64,000 nt of DNA from Candidatus Poribacteria bacterium. GTDB lineage: Bacteria > Poribacteria > WGA-4E > JAJDTR01. The notes beneath the pieces were generated by a model that saw nothing but the letters and a program-made list of their open reading frames with translations, did no database searches and had not been told where the DNA came from. Location: positions 2,912,001 through 2,976,000 of the forward strand of contig CBDCTK010000002.1 of assembly GCA_965222225.1 (NCBI GenBank), given 5' to 3'. Below are positions 39,754 to 50,910 of the stretch, one piece after another. Each line of letters starts with the position of its first letter. Positions within the stretch are counted from its first letter, which is position 1. The translations under genes were made by a program, and so were the position numbers.

Positions 39754-41652
39754 TTGATGAAATCCAACACTTCCGCTCAACTTAGGCTTAAAGTTGCCCT
39801 CCTCGTCGCGCTGTTAATTCCGCTAAACGCCGCGTTTCAGATGCAGCCGGGCTTGGCGCACATGTCGATGATCTCGCTGCTCTACAACGCGGTCACAATT
39901 CTGTTCGTTCTGGTGGCGTTCAGCCGTCTCATTGAGAAATTCCTTCCGAAACTTGCGCTTTCCCGCGCCGAGTTGCTCTCGCTTTATGTGTCGGTCTCCC
40001 TATCGACGTCAATTGGCGGGCACATGTGCGTGCAGATTCTGATCTCCGTCATCAGCTACGCCTTCGCGTTCGCGACGCCGGAGAACGACTGGCAGGCGCT
40101 GTTCTGGAACTACATTCCCGAGTGGCTGTCGGTCAGAGACAAGGGAGCGCTGGATAACCTGTATCGCGGGGACTCCACGCTGTACCTCGCGCCGCACATC
40201 AGGGCGTGGTCGCCGCCGATGTTCGTGTGGGGTTGTTTTCTGTTTGCGCTGTTTTCGGTGATGTTGGCTATCAACTTCATCCTGCGGAAACAGTGGACGG
40301 AAAACGAGAGGCTGAGCTATCCGCTTATTCAGTTGCCGCTGGAGATGACAAGCCGGAGGCGCAGCTTTTTCGGGAGCAAGGCGATGTGGATCGGCTTTGG
40401 CGTCGCCGCGTTTATTGATCTGCTCAACGGGTTCAACCATCTCTTTCCGCAGATACCGCGCATCGGTCTCACGCGCTCTAGGGAAAACGACCTCGCCGAC
40501 CTGTTTACCATCCATCCTTGGGATGCCATTGGCTGGTTGCCGGTGGGCATTTATCCGTTCGCTGTCGGCTTGGCGTTTTTCATTCCGCTGGATCTGTCGT
40601 TCTCGGTCTGGGTGTTTTACCTGTATTGGAAACTTCAGCGGGTCTTGGGGAGCGCTTTTGCTTTGCCGCACGGGTTTCCGTATGCCTCGGAGCAGTCGTT
40701 CGGCGCTTACGCCGGTATCGGGGTGATGGGGCTCTGGGCGGCAAGGAGGCATCTGGTTCAGGTCGCCAGAAAATGCTTGGGGGTGAGTTCGCGCGTCGAC
40801 GATGCCGATGAACCGCTGTCGTATCGCGGGACGGCAATCTGGCTGCTGGCGAGTTTGGCGTTCCTGTTCGCGTTCTGTCATCGGGCAGGGATGTCTTTCT
40901 GGGTAATCGCCCTATTCTTCGGGCTGTATTATATGTTGGCTATCGGGATTACGCGGGTGCGGGCGGAGCTCGGCTCGCCGGTGCATGATCAGCATTTTGC
41001 CGGGGCGGATGAGATGACGTATGCTTTTGCCGGCGCCAAGCCGCTCGGCACGAGCAATATGACGATGCTTTCTTACTTCTACTTCTTTAATCGGGCATAC
41101 GACTGCCTGCTGATGCCGCATCAGCTCGAAGGGCTGAAGATTGCCGAGCGGGCGGATATTCAGTATCGGCGGTTCGGGGGCGTCATGGTCTTTGCAACGG
41201 TGCTGGGTATCGCCACGTCGATCTGGGGGTATCTGCATTTTGCCTATCAGGGTGAGATTAACACCGGTTGGGCGGGCGAAGAGGCGTTCCAGCGGCTTGA
41301 GGGTTGGCTGGCGCATCCGTCGGGGACAAATGGATCGGTTATCACAGCGATCGGCGTCGGATTTTTGGTGTCGGTCGCGCTGACGCTGATGCGGGGGCAA
41401 TTTCTTTGGATGCCGTTGCACGCGGCTGGCTATGCCGTCACCACGACGTGGACGATGAATTTTTTCTGGTTCTCTATCTTCGTCAGCTTTGTGTTGAAAT
41501 GGCTGATTGTCAAGCACCGCGGGCTGCGGGGTTTTCGCAGGGCGGCGCCGTTTTTTCTGGGGTTGGTGCTTGGCGAGTTTGTGGTTACGACGTTTTGGGG
41601 GGTGTTCGGGATAGTCACGGGGCAGTCGACGTATATTACGATTGATATGTAG
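39754..41652 (+). CDS. Polytopic membrane protein (DUF6785/DUF6784-type, putative transporter)
   Basis: About 15 TM segments; LSRAELL, RKQW.ENERLSYPL, FFIPLD..FS.W, RVRAELG, W.PLH..GY, PFFLGLVLGE. Confidence 0.7.
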   Translation: MMKSNTSAQLRLKVALLVALLIPLNAAFQMQPGLAHMSMISLLYNAVTILFVLVAFSRLIEKFLPKLALSRAELLSLYVSVSLSTSIGGHMCVQILISVISYAFAFATPENDWQALFWNYIPEWLSVRDKGALDNLYRGDSTLYLAPHIRAWSPPMFVWGCFLFALFSVMLAINFILRKQWTENERLSYPLIQLPLEMTSRRRSFFGSKAMWIGFGVAAFIDLLNGFNHLFPQIPRIGLTRSRENDLADLFTIHPWDAIGWLPVGIYPFAVGLAFFIPLDLSFSVWVFYLYWKLQRVLGSAFALPHGFPYASEQSFGAYAGIGVMGLWAARRHLVQVARKCLGVSSRVDDADEPLSYRGTAIWLLASLAFLFAFCHRAGMSFWVIALFFGLYYMLAIGITRVRAELGSPVHDQHFAGADEMTYAFAGAKPLGTSNMTMLSYFYFFNRAYDCLLMPHQLEGLKIAERADIQYRRFGGVMVFATVLGIATSIWGYLHFAYQGEINTGWAGEEAFQRLEGWLAHPSGTNGSVITAIGVGFLVSVALTLMRGQFLWMPLHAAGYAVTTTWTMNFFWFSIFVSFVLKWLIVKHRGLRGFRRAAPFFLGLVLGEFVVTTFWGVFGIVTGQSTYITIDM

Positions 41653-41711
41653 CCAGTGGGGAAGGAAGGATGGTCAAGATTCCGAGTTGAAGGGTTGGTA
41701 ATTGTCTGAAT

Positions 41712-41838
41712 GGGATCTCTATCGGGATTTACTATCGCCTTCGCTATCCACTCAGTTGATCGGATTAAGGGATTTCTATGGAATCTCTATCGCAGTCATT
41801 ATCCATTCCTTTGATCGCTCATTATCCATTCGCTTGAT
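41712..41838 (+). repeat. Stack of full and partial 35-bp micro-elements inside a MITE end
   Basis: Full copies at 41724-41760 and 41780-41815, with extra 5' and 3' ends. Confidence 0.85.
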
Positions 41839-41948
41839 TGGCACCGTCTTTTATCCCGCTTAAATGTACAAAGTCGAGCTAAGGCGTTATTACAAAAGGC
41901 TGGTGGGCAGTGCCCACCCTACAGAAAACTACAGGAGATTGATTTCAC

Positions 41949-41978
41949 TTGACATCGCGCCCTTTGTTCGCTTATCGT
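41949..41978 (+). promoter_or_regulatory. Putative sigma70 promoter for res
   Basis: TTGACA-18 bp-TATCGT, about 70 bp upstream of the start. Confidence 0.4.
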
Positions 41979-42049
41979 GTTTAGTTAAATTCACCTTATT
42001 TTGCAGTGATTCTGGGAAACGACACTATTCGTTTTAGAGGTACATTGTT

Positions 42050-45000
42050 TTGGCGAATCCTTTCTTCGATCAGCCCATCCTCAACTCGCCCTACGAGCCC
42101 CCAAGCCGTCATTGGGAGCTGGATGCGTCGGGACAGCCAACCCAGAATAGAATAGACAACCGAAGGCGGGCAGAATTCATCACGCCGGTGCCCAAGCCGA
42201 AGAAGCGAAGGCGATCCTCCTCTAAACAAACGGACATCATATTCGACGAAGGAAAGGGACTTTCAACTCAGCAGCAGCAGTACCACACGGCGATTATCAA
42301 TGAGGTGCGCCAATTCGTTGACCAGTGGCGAAACATCCCGAACTCGAACCAATGGCAGGTGACGCCCGAGACTGCGCTCTTGCTTCAGCATTGGCGGCAC
42401 CATCAATTCAGCGGTATCCGACCCTTTTTCTGCCAAGTCGAAGCCATGGAAACCGTCATCTGGCTCACCGAGGTTGCGCCGCGCATGAGTCAAGTCGGGA
42501 AGCGCTTCCTTGACCACCTCAAGAACGCCAACAACGACGCCAATCCGGAGCTATCACGGCTGGCGCTCAAGCTGGCAACGGGCGCCGGAAAGACCACGGT
42601 CATGGCGATGTTAATCGCTTGGCAGACAGTCAACGCCGCACGGCGTCCGCAGAGTGGAAGGTTCACGCGCGGTTTCCTTGTGGTTACCCCCGGCATCACC
42701 ATCAAGGACCGGCTGCGTGTGCTGCAGCCCAACGATCCGGACAGTTATTACCGGAGCCGCGAGTTGTTGCCAAGCGACATGCTTCCCGACTTGGAAAAGG
42801 CGAAGATTGTCATCACGAACTACCACGCCTTTAAGTTGCGCGAACGTACGGAACTCTCCAAGGGCGGCCGCGCACTGCTTCAAGGACGAGGGCAGCCCAT
42901 CACGACCCTGGAAACCGAGGGACAGATGCTGCAACGGGCGATGCCCGAACTCATGGGAATTAAGAATCTCATGGTTCTCAACGATGAAGCGCATCACTGC
43001 TACCGCGAGAAGCCGGGCGAGCCGGACGAGGAAAAACTCACGGCGGATGACAGGCAGGAAGCCAAGAAGAACGCGGAAGCAGCCCGCCTCTGGATTTCGG
43101 GGCTAGAGATGGTGGGCAAAAGGCTCGGCATCAACCGCGTGATGGATCTCTCGGCAACGCCGTTTTTCCTGCGCGGCTCAGGCTATGCCGAGGGCACCTT
43201 GTTCCCTTGGACGATGAGCGACTTCTCGCTCATGGATGCCATCGAATGCGGGATTGTCAAGCTGCCGCGGGTGCCGGTAGCGGACAATATCCCCGGCGGC
43301 GAGATGCCCAAGTTTCGCGAGTTGTGGAAAAACATAAGCGCCGACATGCCGAAGAAGGGGCGGGGCAAATCCAAAGATCTCGATCCGCTGAGTCTGCCGG
43401 CGGTACTCCAAACGGCGCTTGAGGCGCTGTACGGGCACTACGCCAACACCTTCGAACTCATGCAAAAGGCGAAGATAGATGTCCCGCCCTGCTTTATTGT
43501 CGTTTGCAACAACACGTCGACATCCAAGCTGGTCTACGACTACATTTCCGGTTTCCACCGTGAAAACGATGATGGCTCAACAACCTTGGTAGACGGGCGA
43601 CTCGAACTGTTTCGTAACTATGACGAGTACGGCAACCAGTACGCCCGACCGCGTACACTGTTAATCGACAGCGAACAGTTGGAATCCGGCGACGCACTAG
43701 ACAAAAACTTCCGCAAGATGGCGAGCGACGAGATTGAGCGCTTTCGGAGGGAGATTATCGAGCGCACCGGCAATCGCGAAGCGGCGGACAAAATCACGGA
43801 CCAAGAACTCCTGCGCGAAGTGATGAACACGGTAGGCAAACCGGGAACTCTCGGGGATTCGATTCGCTGCGTGGTTTCGGTGTCCATGCTCACCGAGGGA
43901 TGGGATGCCAACACCGTCAGCCACGTGCTCGGCGTTCGCGCTTTTGGTACACAGTTGCTCTGCGAGCAGGTTGTCGGTCGGGCGCTGCGCCGCCAATCCT
44001 ACGATCTCAATGATGCTGGTTTATTCGACGTGGAGTACGCAGACGTATTGGGGATACCCTTCGACTTTACAGCGAGACCCGTTCCTGTCATACCCAAGCC
44101 ACCTAAGCCAACTATTCAGGTGAAGGCGATGCGGCCCGAGCGGGATGCGCTTGAAGTTCGATTCCCGCGGGTAGCGGGTTATCGTGTAGAGTTGCCCGAG
44201 GAGCGGCTCAACGCCGAATACAACGACGACTCGGTGCTGACACTCACTCCAGAACTTGTCGGTCCGTCGATAACGAGGAACGAAGGAATTATCGGCGAGG
44301 GCGTCGATCTCAATCTGATTCACACCGGCGACCTCCGCCCCTCGACGCTATTGTTTAAGCTCACGCAGCGGTTAATCTTTACGAAGTGGCGGGATACGGG
44401 CGAAGAACCAAAACCCCATCTCTTTAATCAACTCAAGCGCATCACAAAGAGGTGGCTCGACGGTTATCTCGTCTGCAAGGGGGGAACCTATCCCGCCCAA
44501 CTCATGTACCAAGAGTTGGCTGACATGGCATGCGAGCGCATAACGGCTGCCATCACACGAAAGGAAATCGGCAGGCGTCCCGTCAAAACGGTGCTCGACC
44601 CCTACAACCCTACCGGCTCCACCGCCCACGTCAGTTTCAGCACCTCCAAGACAGACCGCTATAAAACGGATTCTCGCCGCTGCCACATCAACTGGGTCAT
44701 TCTTGATAGCGACTGGGAGGCGGAGTTCTGCCGCGTGGCGGAATCCCATCCGCGCGTCAAAGCCTACGTCAAGAATCACAACCTCGGTCTTGATGTGCCC
44801 TACCGTTACGGGTCGGCCACGCGGACGTACCTACCGGACTTTATCGTCCTCGTCGATGATGGGCACGGCGAGGACGACCTCTTGCGCCTCATCGTTGAGA
44901 TTAAAGGTTATCGCGGAGAGGACGCCAAGGACAAGAAATCCACGATGGAAACGTACTGGGTTCCCGGCGTAAATCTCCACGGCAGCTACGGGCGCTGGGC

Positions 45001-45106
45001 GTTTGCCGAATTCACGGATGTTTACGAGATTGAATCGGACTTTGAAGCCAAGGTGGAGGCAGAGTTCAACAAAATGATTGAGGAACACGTCAATCTGTGT
45101 AGTTAA
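42050..45106 (+). CDS. res: Type III restriction endonuclease Res subunit (BPTD_3080-like)
   Basis: PILNSPY, RPFFCQ.EA, LATGAGKT, NDEAHHCY, SATP, MLTEGWD, EQVVGRALRR, C-terminal PD...EIKG nuclease motif. Confidence 0.92.
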   Translation: MANPFFDQPILNSPYEPPSRHWELDASGQPTQNRIDNRRRAEFITPVPKPKKRRRSSSKQTDIIFDEGKGLSTQQQQYHTAIINEVRQFVDQWRNIPNSNQWQVTPETALLLQHWRHHQFSGIRPFFCQVEAMETVIWLTEVAPRMSQVGKRFLDHLKNANNDANPELSRLALKLATGAGKTTVMAMLIAWQTVNAARRPQSGRFTRGFLVVTPGITIKDRLRVLQPNDPDSYYRSRELLPSDMLPDLEKAKIVITNYHAFKLRERTELSKGGRALLQGRGQPITTLETEGQMLQRAMPELMGIKNLMVLNDEAHHCYREKPGEPDEEKLTADDRQEAKKNAEAARLWISGLEMVGKRLGINRVMDLSATPFFLRGSGYAEGTLFPWTMSDFSLMDAIECGIVKLPRVPVADNIPGGEMPKFRELWKNISADMPKKGRGKSKDLDPLSLPAVLQTALEALYGHYANTFELMQKAKIDVPPCFIVVCNNTSTSKLVYDYISGFHRENDDGSTTLVDGRLELFRNYDEYGNQYARPRTLLIDSEQLESGDALDKNFRKMASDEIERFRREIIERTGNREAADKITDQELLREVMNTVGKPGTLGDSIRCVVSVSMLTEGWDANTVSHVLGVRAFGTQLLCEQVVGRALRRQSYDLNDAGLFDVEYADVLGIPFDFTARPVPVIPKPPKPTIQVKAMRPERDALEVRFPRVAGYRVELPEERLNAEYNDDSVLTLTPELVGPSITRNEGIIGEGVDLNLIHTGDLRPSTLLFKLTQRLIFTKWRDTGEEPKPHLFNQLKRITKRWLDGYLVCKGGTYPAQLMYQELADMACERITAAITRKEIGRRPVKTVLDPYNPTGSTAHVSFSTSKTDRYKTDSRRCHINWVILDSDWEAEFCRVAESHPRVKAYVKNHNLGLDVPYRYGSATRTYLPDFIVLVDDGHGEDDLLRLIVEIKGYRGEDAKDKKSTMETYWVPGVNLHGSYGRWAFAEFTDVYEIESDFEAKVEAEFNKMIEEHVNLCS

Positions 45107-45195
45107 CCTGAGGGAAGCAGTTAGCTGTAGGGTGGGCACTGCCCACCATCTTCAAACCACAATCTCTCGGTCATTCGTCAGAAACTAGGTGAGTC

Positions 45196-46359
45196 ATGAG
45201 TGGTCGACGCTTACAAATAACATTGCAGCCTGACGTGTTGCGTTGGGCGCGAGAACGAGCCAAACTTCAGCCCGAAGAATTGGCGAACAAGATGGGCGTG
45301 AAACGGCATGAGCGCGTGTTGGAATGGGAGCGCGATGGGAAGATTAGCGTTGCACAGGTAGACAAACTCGCCAAATGCACCTATACGCCGTTGGGGTTTC
45401 TATATTCGAAAGAACCGCCTGACGAGCGCTTGCCAATCGCCGACTTCCGATCTCGAGAGGGCACTCCGCCACCTAGCCCCGACCTGCTTGATACCGTCTA
45501 TTTGATGCAGCGGCGGCAAGGATGGATGCGCGATGAACTTATTAAGGACGGCGTTGAGCCGCTGGATTTTGTCGGGGCTTACGGGTTGGATTCCCAGCCT
45601 CGGCACGTTGCAAGCGCCATGCGCGAGGCGCTCCAACTTCCCAATGGATGGGCACAGGCGGAAGGGACCAAAAGTGACGCTCTTAGGCGTCTGCGAAGCC
45701 GATTTGATGCCGCAGGCGTGTTGGTTTGTTTTAACGGCGTGGTGGGCAACAACACGCGCCGAAAGTTAGATCCAAAGGAATTTCAGGGTTTTGCGCTTGC
45801 TGATGAGTATGCCCCTCTTATCTTCGTGAATAATGCGGATTTCAGAGCTGCACAAATCTTCACCCTAGCTCACGAACTAGCTCATCTCTTCATTGCCAAG
45901 ACTGGTGTCTCTACTCTTGAAGCCCTTCAACCGTCCCCAGATGATACCGAGAAGTTCTGTGACAAAGCTGCGCCGGAATTTCTGGTGCCAGCGGAAGAAT
46001 TACGTGCGTTCTGGTCTCTGTCCGGAACGAATAATCCTTTGCAAGCTGTTGCTACCAAGTTCAAAGTGAGTTCCATTGTGGCCGCTCGCCGGGCGCTTGA
46101 CCTCAAGTTAATCAGTACGGATACTTTCTTCAACTTCTATAGAGCGAATGCCAAAGAATGGGACGGCAATCAGCCGCGTGAAGATGACGGTAGAAACTTC
46201 TGGAATACGCAGAAATGGCGGATAGGGCCCCGATTTTCCACAGCAATTGTACGAGCGGTCAAAGAAGAGCGCACGCTCTATCGCGAGGCGTACAACCTCA
46301 CCGGTCTGTGGGGAGACACCTTTGAAAACATTCCGGGAAAGATGGGGATGGTGTTGTGA
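45196..46359 (+). CDS. XRE-HTH + ImmA/IrrE Zn metallopeptidase
   Basis: VLRWARER...LA...WE.G HTH; EFQGFAL; AQIFTLAHELAH. Confidence 0.9.
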   Translation: MSGRRLQITLQPDVLRWARERAKLQPEELANKMGVKRHERVLEWERDGKISVAQVDKLAKCTYTPLGFLYSKEPPDERLPIADFRSREGTPPPSPDLLDTVYLMQRRQGWMRDELIKDGVEPLDFVGAYGLDSQPRHVASAMREALQLPNGWAQAEGTKSDALRRLRSRFDAAGVLVCFNGVVGNNTRRKLDPKEFQGFALADEYAPLIFVNNADFRAAQIFTLAHELAHLFIAKTGVSTLEALQPSPDDTEKFCDKAAPEFLVPAEELRAFWSLSGTNNPLQAVATKFKVSSIVAARRALDLKLISTDTFFNFYRANAKEWDGNQPREDDGRNFWNTQKWRIGPRFSTAIVRAVKEERTLYREAYNLTGLWGDTFENIPGKMGMVL

Positions 46360-46918
46360 TGAACCGAGTGTGTAGGTTGGGTTGAACGGAAATCTCATGA
46401 AAAATTACATGCAGCAGTTGGGTTTCGCTATACTTTTTCACTCAAGCAGGGCATCGGAAAGTAGAGCGCTGCTTGGAAGCTTGATAGAACTTGGTTGTTG
46501 ACTGCTTAACCTAACCTATGCCGCTGGTCTTAGAGGTGGCACTTTTTAAAACATTTCTTATACGATGGATCAATCGGGGAAAATAGTGTACACTACATAA
46601 GAACATTCTCCGTTCTATGGATTTAGTAAGAAGCCCCTTGATGCCGACGAGAGCCTATTTAAAGTCGTGCATCAGCGCGCTATGTTGGAGCAGACAGCCG
46701 CAGAAGATTTAATGTGGAGCAAGAATTATGGTCGCAGCGAACTGGAGACCCCTAGACCACGGGAGTTTTGCCTTCGCTGCAGGGCAGCATATTCGTCGTA
46801 GGACAAAGGTATACCCGGGTAACAAAATGAGTTTTAGAATCCTTCGCAATATCAATGTTGTTGTTTGCCGTATTTTACATAAACCTGTCCCGGCTATTTC
46901 TTGGAAGATAAGGAGTCA

Positions 46919-47719
46919 ATGGTTCTTATGAAGCCACAGATCATAGCCTTCGAAAATCCACCAGTCAATGAAGTTGTGGTATCAACCTATTTTGATCCAC
47001 CATTATCTGACTTCCGCAACGAGCATATCGGCCTGTTCTGGGGAATAATAAAGGACGAATTTCCTAACGTGCACCAGCGGATTCCAGTGGGATTCGCACC
47101 AGAGGTCATTGATAACGAGTTTCCAATGCCCAGGTACTGGTTTATCTCGGAGAATGAAACAAACTTAATTCAGATTCAACAAAATGCCTTTATGTTTAAC
47201 TGGCGGCGTAGACACGAGGAGAGATATCCGCGCTTTCACAGGACTATCAAGCCGACATTTGACAAATACTACGGTATTTTCAGCGAATTTGCCCGAACGC
47301 AAGCCAACGTCACTGACCTTACTATTAGCCGTTGTGAATTGGGATACATTAATATTCTAGAAACGTTTGAGTTGTGGAAAGGACCGCAAGATACGACAAA
47401 GGTCATCCCGTCATTCTCGTTTCTAGAAGTTGGTATCAACAATGCCGTGCCTCAGGGATTCAATTCCAATTACATTTACAACGTAGAAACTGATTTGCAG
47501 ATTAACATTGGTATACGAGCTGTAACTAAAGTACAGGAACGAGGATCCCCGGTGCTGATATTTGAAATTAGAGCGATTGGTAACTTCGGGCAGGTTGCAC
47601 AACCAGCAACGGATGAATGGTTCGAGCGTGCTCATGGGGCCATTAAAAATTGCTTTCTTGGTATGACAAGTTCCGAGATTCAGAATCGCTTTTGGAAACC
47701 CGTGGAGGAAATGCAATGA
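46919..47719 (+). CDS. TIGR04255 family protein
   Basis: FENPPVNEVV, RYWFIS....LIQIQQNAF.FNWR, YPRF, ELGYIN, WFERAH...F; AGGAG RBS. Confidence 0.8.
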   Translation: MVLMKPQIIAFENPPVNEVVVSTYFDPPLSDFRNEHIGLFWGIIKDEFPNVHQRIPVGFAPEVIDNEFPMPRYWFISENETNLIQIQQNAFMFNWRRRHEERYPRFHRTIKPTFDKYYGIFSEFARTQANVTDLTISRCELGYINILETFELWKGPQDTTKVIPSFSFLEVGINNAVPQGFNSNYIYNVETDLQINIGIRAVTKVQERGSPVLIFEIRAIGNFGQVAQPATDEWFERAHGAIKNCFLGMTSSEIQNRFWKPVEEMQ

Positions 47720-48555
47720 ATACGGAAGCAACTGCTACTGACGAAGATTATCGACTACTTGCATCCTTGATGGATTTCGGCTCCACTTCGACCTCAGACC
47801 CAAATTGGGACTGGATTCCGCCAAGTCCCCGTCCCATTTTCTTCGATACTGATGCTGAAACACATACCGATTGGTCGTTTAGTGGCGTTGTCGGTGAATC
47901 TTCTGACATAGTTACAGATGATTTGAACCGCCCAACTAGCCGGGAAAATATGTTGGCGGCCGAGCCTAAAGCACGGATGCCAAAGGTGCGGTTAACGAAA
48001 ATGTCCTATATTGTCCTATTCGGCGCATTACGTAGCAATGCGCAGTTCAATAATTCTGCTATGAGCAAGATGTTAGCGTGGAGCGACTGGACATCCGTTA
48101 ACCACAGACCTCCCCCATCCGTCTATGATATGACTGCCCTAACCGGTCTGCAAGTGCAATTAATGCCTAAAGCTACAGAAAAACAGAGAGAATTTCAGCA
48201 AGTTTGGCAAGCTTATAAGGTCCGAATCGAGTATTTGCGTAGCGAAGCCGAACTTGATGGTATCACTGTGAACGAGGCGTCCGAAAGGGATTTTTGGTCA
48301 TTCTTCAGATCAATGCCATTCTTACGCAAATCGGGCGTAATACTCATGGACAACGGTAATCTGCGCGCTGTTTGGCGCGGCGAACACAAAAGTCGACTGG
48401 GCCTTCAGTTTCTAGGAGATCAATCGGTAGAGTTTGTTATCTTCAAGCGCCGTCAGGCTGCCAAAGAGGTTTCGAGAGCGGCTGGGTTCGACACGCTAAA
48501 TGGGTTCAAGAAACAGATCCATGCTTTCGATCTCAAGACATTGGTGTACACATGA
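47716..48555 (+). CDS. Hypothetical protein, translationally coupled on both sides
   Basis: ATGA overlaps at 47716-47719 and 48552-48555; low-complexity N-half and globular C-half (LMDNGNLRAVW...LGLQFLG). Confidence 0.65.
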   Translation: MNTEATATDEDYRLLASLMDFGSTSTSDPNWDWIPPSPRPIFFDTDAETHTDWSFSGVVGESSDIVTDDLNRPTSRENMLAAEPKARMPKVRLTKMSYIVLFGALRSNAQFNNSAMSKMLAWSDWTSVNHRPPPSVYDMTALTGLQVQLMPKATEKQREFQQVWQAYKVRIEYLRSEAELDGITVNEASERDFWSFFRSMPFLRKSGVILMDNGNLRAVWRGEHKSRLGLQFLGDQSVEFVIFKRRQAAKEVSRAAGFDTLNGFKKQIHAFDLKTLVYT

Positions 48556-49028
48556 TCGGAGACGAACTGCCCGACGATGCGCACGTAGTCCGCTATGTCA
48601 AGTCATCGTGGATTAGCGACGAAGATGGTAGTATAGATGGTGAGGCATTCCGATTGAAATCAAATGAAAGCGGTCTCTCCGTTAACTGGTTGGAATGGTT
48701 TGGAAACTGTACCAAAGCACAGCAACTAAATGGGGTAAGGCGGCTCTACCGGTTGGAGATGCGAAAGAGCGGATGTCTAGCGGAATTAAATGTCGGTGCA
48801 ACAAAGCGATATGTTCTTAAACACACTGCCCTTAAGTTCATCCATGAGCCTTTGCCTGCCGAGAGTATCTATGAGGCAGATCCGTCACATAGTGAGATAA
48901 CAGGGCTACCACCGGGAGATTCTCTTCCGGCCGCACTGCTTGGCGACATGATCGCCGAATCCATATTAGCCACTCATCCGACATTACAACAGGTAATTGA
49001 CAAAATGACAGACATTGAAGACAGATGA
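48552..49028 (+). CDS. Hypothetical protein, possible ART/RES-like toxin fold
   Basis: HVVRY...EAFRL...GLSVNWLE...DPSHSEI. Confidence 0.6.
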   Translation: MIGDELPDDAHVVRYVKSSWISDEDGSIDGEAFRLKSNESGLSVNWLEWFGNCTKAQQLNGVRRLYRLEMRKSGCLAELNVGATKRYVLKHTALKFIHEPLPAESIYEADPSHSEITGLPPGDSLPAALLGDMIAESILATHPTLQQVIDKMTDIEDR

Positions 49029-49151
49029 AACGTTTGAGCACACCAACATCACCACGCCCAAGTATTAAATTGTGAGAGTGGAGACCGAGTCCAACAAAAC
49101 AACTAAAGAATACGTTACTCGTTGCGTTGCAATGAACCCGTAGGAAGACCA

Positions 49152-49415
49152 ATGAACAGAGATGAAGTCTTGAAGGTGCTCCGAGCGCATAAAGCGATTC
49201 TTGCACAACGCTTTGGAATCACAAACCTCGCCTTATTCGGCTCAGTGGCGCGTAACGACATGTCCGATGACAGCGACATTGACATCTTGGTTCGTTTTGA
49301 CTGACCGGGAACCTCAAAAGCCTACTTCGGGATGCAGTTTTACTTGGAGGACCTGTTGGGTTGTCCCGTTGATTTGGTCACTGACAAGGCGTTGCGGGTG
49401 GAACTACGTCCCTAA
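49152..49415 (+). pseudogene. Minimal nucleotidyltransferase (MNT antitoxin) with an in-frame TGA; no HEPN partner
   Basis: LALFGSVAR....DSDIDILVRFD*PGTSKAYFGMQFYLEDLLGCPVDLVT; stop at 49302-49304. Confidence 0.8.
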
Positions 49416-49532
49416 GGCAATCAATGTGTAGGAACGCTCAGGGAACCCACGGCTGACGTTCTTTCATTGGCACACGACCGTATTTGTCGGACACAGAACG
49501 GGAATTTATGAGCCACAAAGCTTTTTGTTGCC

Positions 49533-49762
49533 AAGTTCGACTTTGTACATTTAAGCGGGATAACGGACGGTGTCAATTAAGCGTTGAAGAAAAGCGGGGG
49601 AGATTTTAACTAGCTGGTCTTTTTGGTTGAACATTGAAAAAGTCGTCAGCGGTTTCTGATATTGTGCAACTTGTCAGGATCTCTATCGCCCTCACTGTGG
49701 GATCTTCTATCGCCTTCGTTATCCACTCAGTTGATCGTTCGGTTGATCCCGCGCTGGGGCTT
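49533..49762. repeat. MITE-like repeat with two nested 35-bp elements
   Basis: Homologous to 5030-5185; the copy at 49699-49735 is nested in the copy at 49677-49747. Confidence 0.75.
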
Positions 49763-50910
49763 ACAATGGATTAGTTGTGCATAAATGCGGGACAACACCC
49801 GTCTCTTAACTCGCCACTCGCCACTCGCCACTAATTACTGTTTTTCCCACTGAACTATGCCTGCTAAACGCAAAAAGAATACAAAGACCAAGACCGTCGA
49901 AACACTCACACATCCTGACGATAAACGGGCCAACATCCCGACCGCTGAACTCCAGCCGGTGATGGAGGACGATGACCCCGTACCGGTCACCTACGAGCGC
50001 AACCGCGACCTCGATCCCCAATTCGTGTGGCGGGGCAAGGATGAACAGGACTGGTCGAATCTGGTGGTGCAGGCGCCACCGCTTTTCATCCAAGAAAAGG
50101 TGCATCCGAAGGTGCTGATTGACGACCTGATGCGCGACGCGCAGTCCGACCGGGAGGCGCCTAAGGAGCAACTCGACCTGTTCGCGGATTTCAACGGCTT
50201 GCCGAGCGAAGACGCCAAGACGGAGTTCTACCAGCACGACGCCAACTGGTCGAACCGGATGATTCTCGGCGACAGCTTGCGGGTGATGGCATCGCTGGCG
50301 GAGCGCGAAGGGCTGCGCGGAAAGGTGCAGTGCATCTACATCGATCCGCCCTACGGCATCAAGTTCAACTCCAACTTCCAGTGGTCCACCACCAGCCGCG
50401 ACGTTAAGGACGGCAAGGCTGATCACATCACACACGAGCCAGAGCAGGTGAAGGCGTTTCGGGACACCTGGCGCGACGGAATTCACTCCTACCTGACCTA
50501 TCTGCGAGACCGGCTGACTGTGGCGCGTGACTTGCTGACGGAGAGCGGTTCAATCTTTGTGCAGATCGGGGATGAGAATGTGCATCGGGTGAGAGGATTG
50601 ATGGATGAAGTATTTGGGGAAGAGAATTTCTTTGCACAGATCGCTTTTAGAAAGTCTTCTCCTCTTGGTTCTAAGGGGTTGATGGGGATTTATGATGTAT
50701 TGCTGTGGTATTCAAGGGAGCGAAGTGTATCTAAATATCGCCAATTGTTGGTTGATAAGTTATATGGCACAGACGCGCCATTTACTATGGGAGACTTGAA
50801 GTCCTCTGGGTATACCCCTTCGTGTACGTATGACTTTGAATTCAGGGGACAGACCATAAAACTGCAAAGAAAGAGTTGGCGAACGACTGCCGAAGGCATG
50901 AAAAATTTAA

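Noticed and set aside
34146-41517. Long antisense ORFs (34146-35216, 37999-38970, 40009-40881; also 15175-15993 and 52461-53396)
   Set aside because: These are shadow frames of well-supported genes in GC-rich DNA and carry no recognisable motifs.
49302-49304. The in-frame TGA in the MNT gene as selenocysteine
   Set aside because: This is not a Cys or catalytic position, no clear SECIS follows, the C-terminus also looks truncated and the HEPN partner is missing. A nonsense mutation is simpler.
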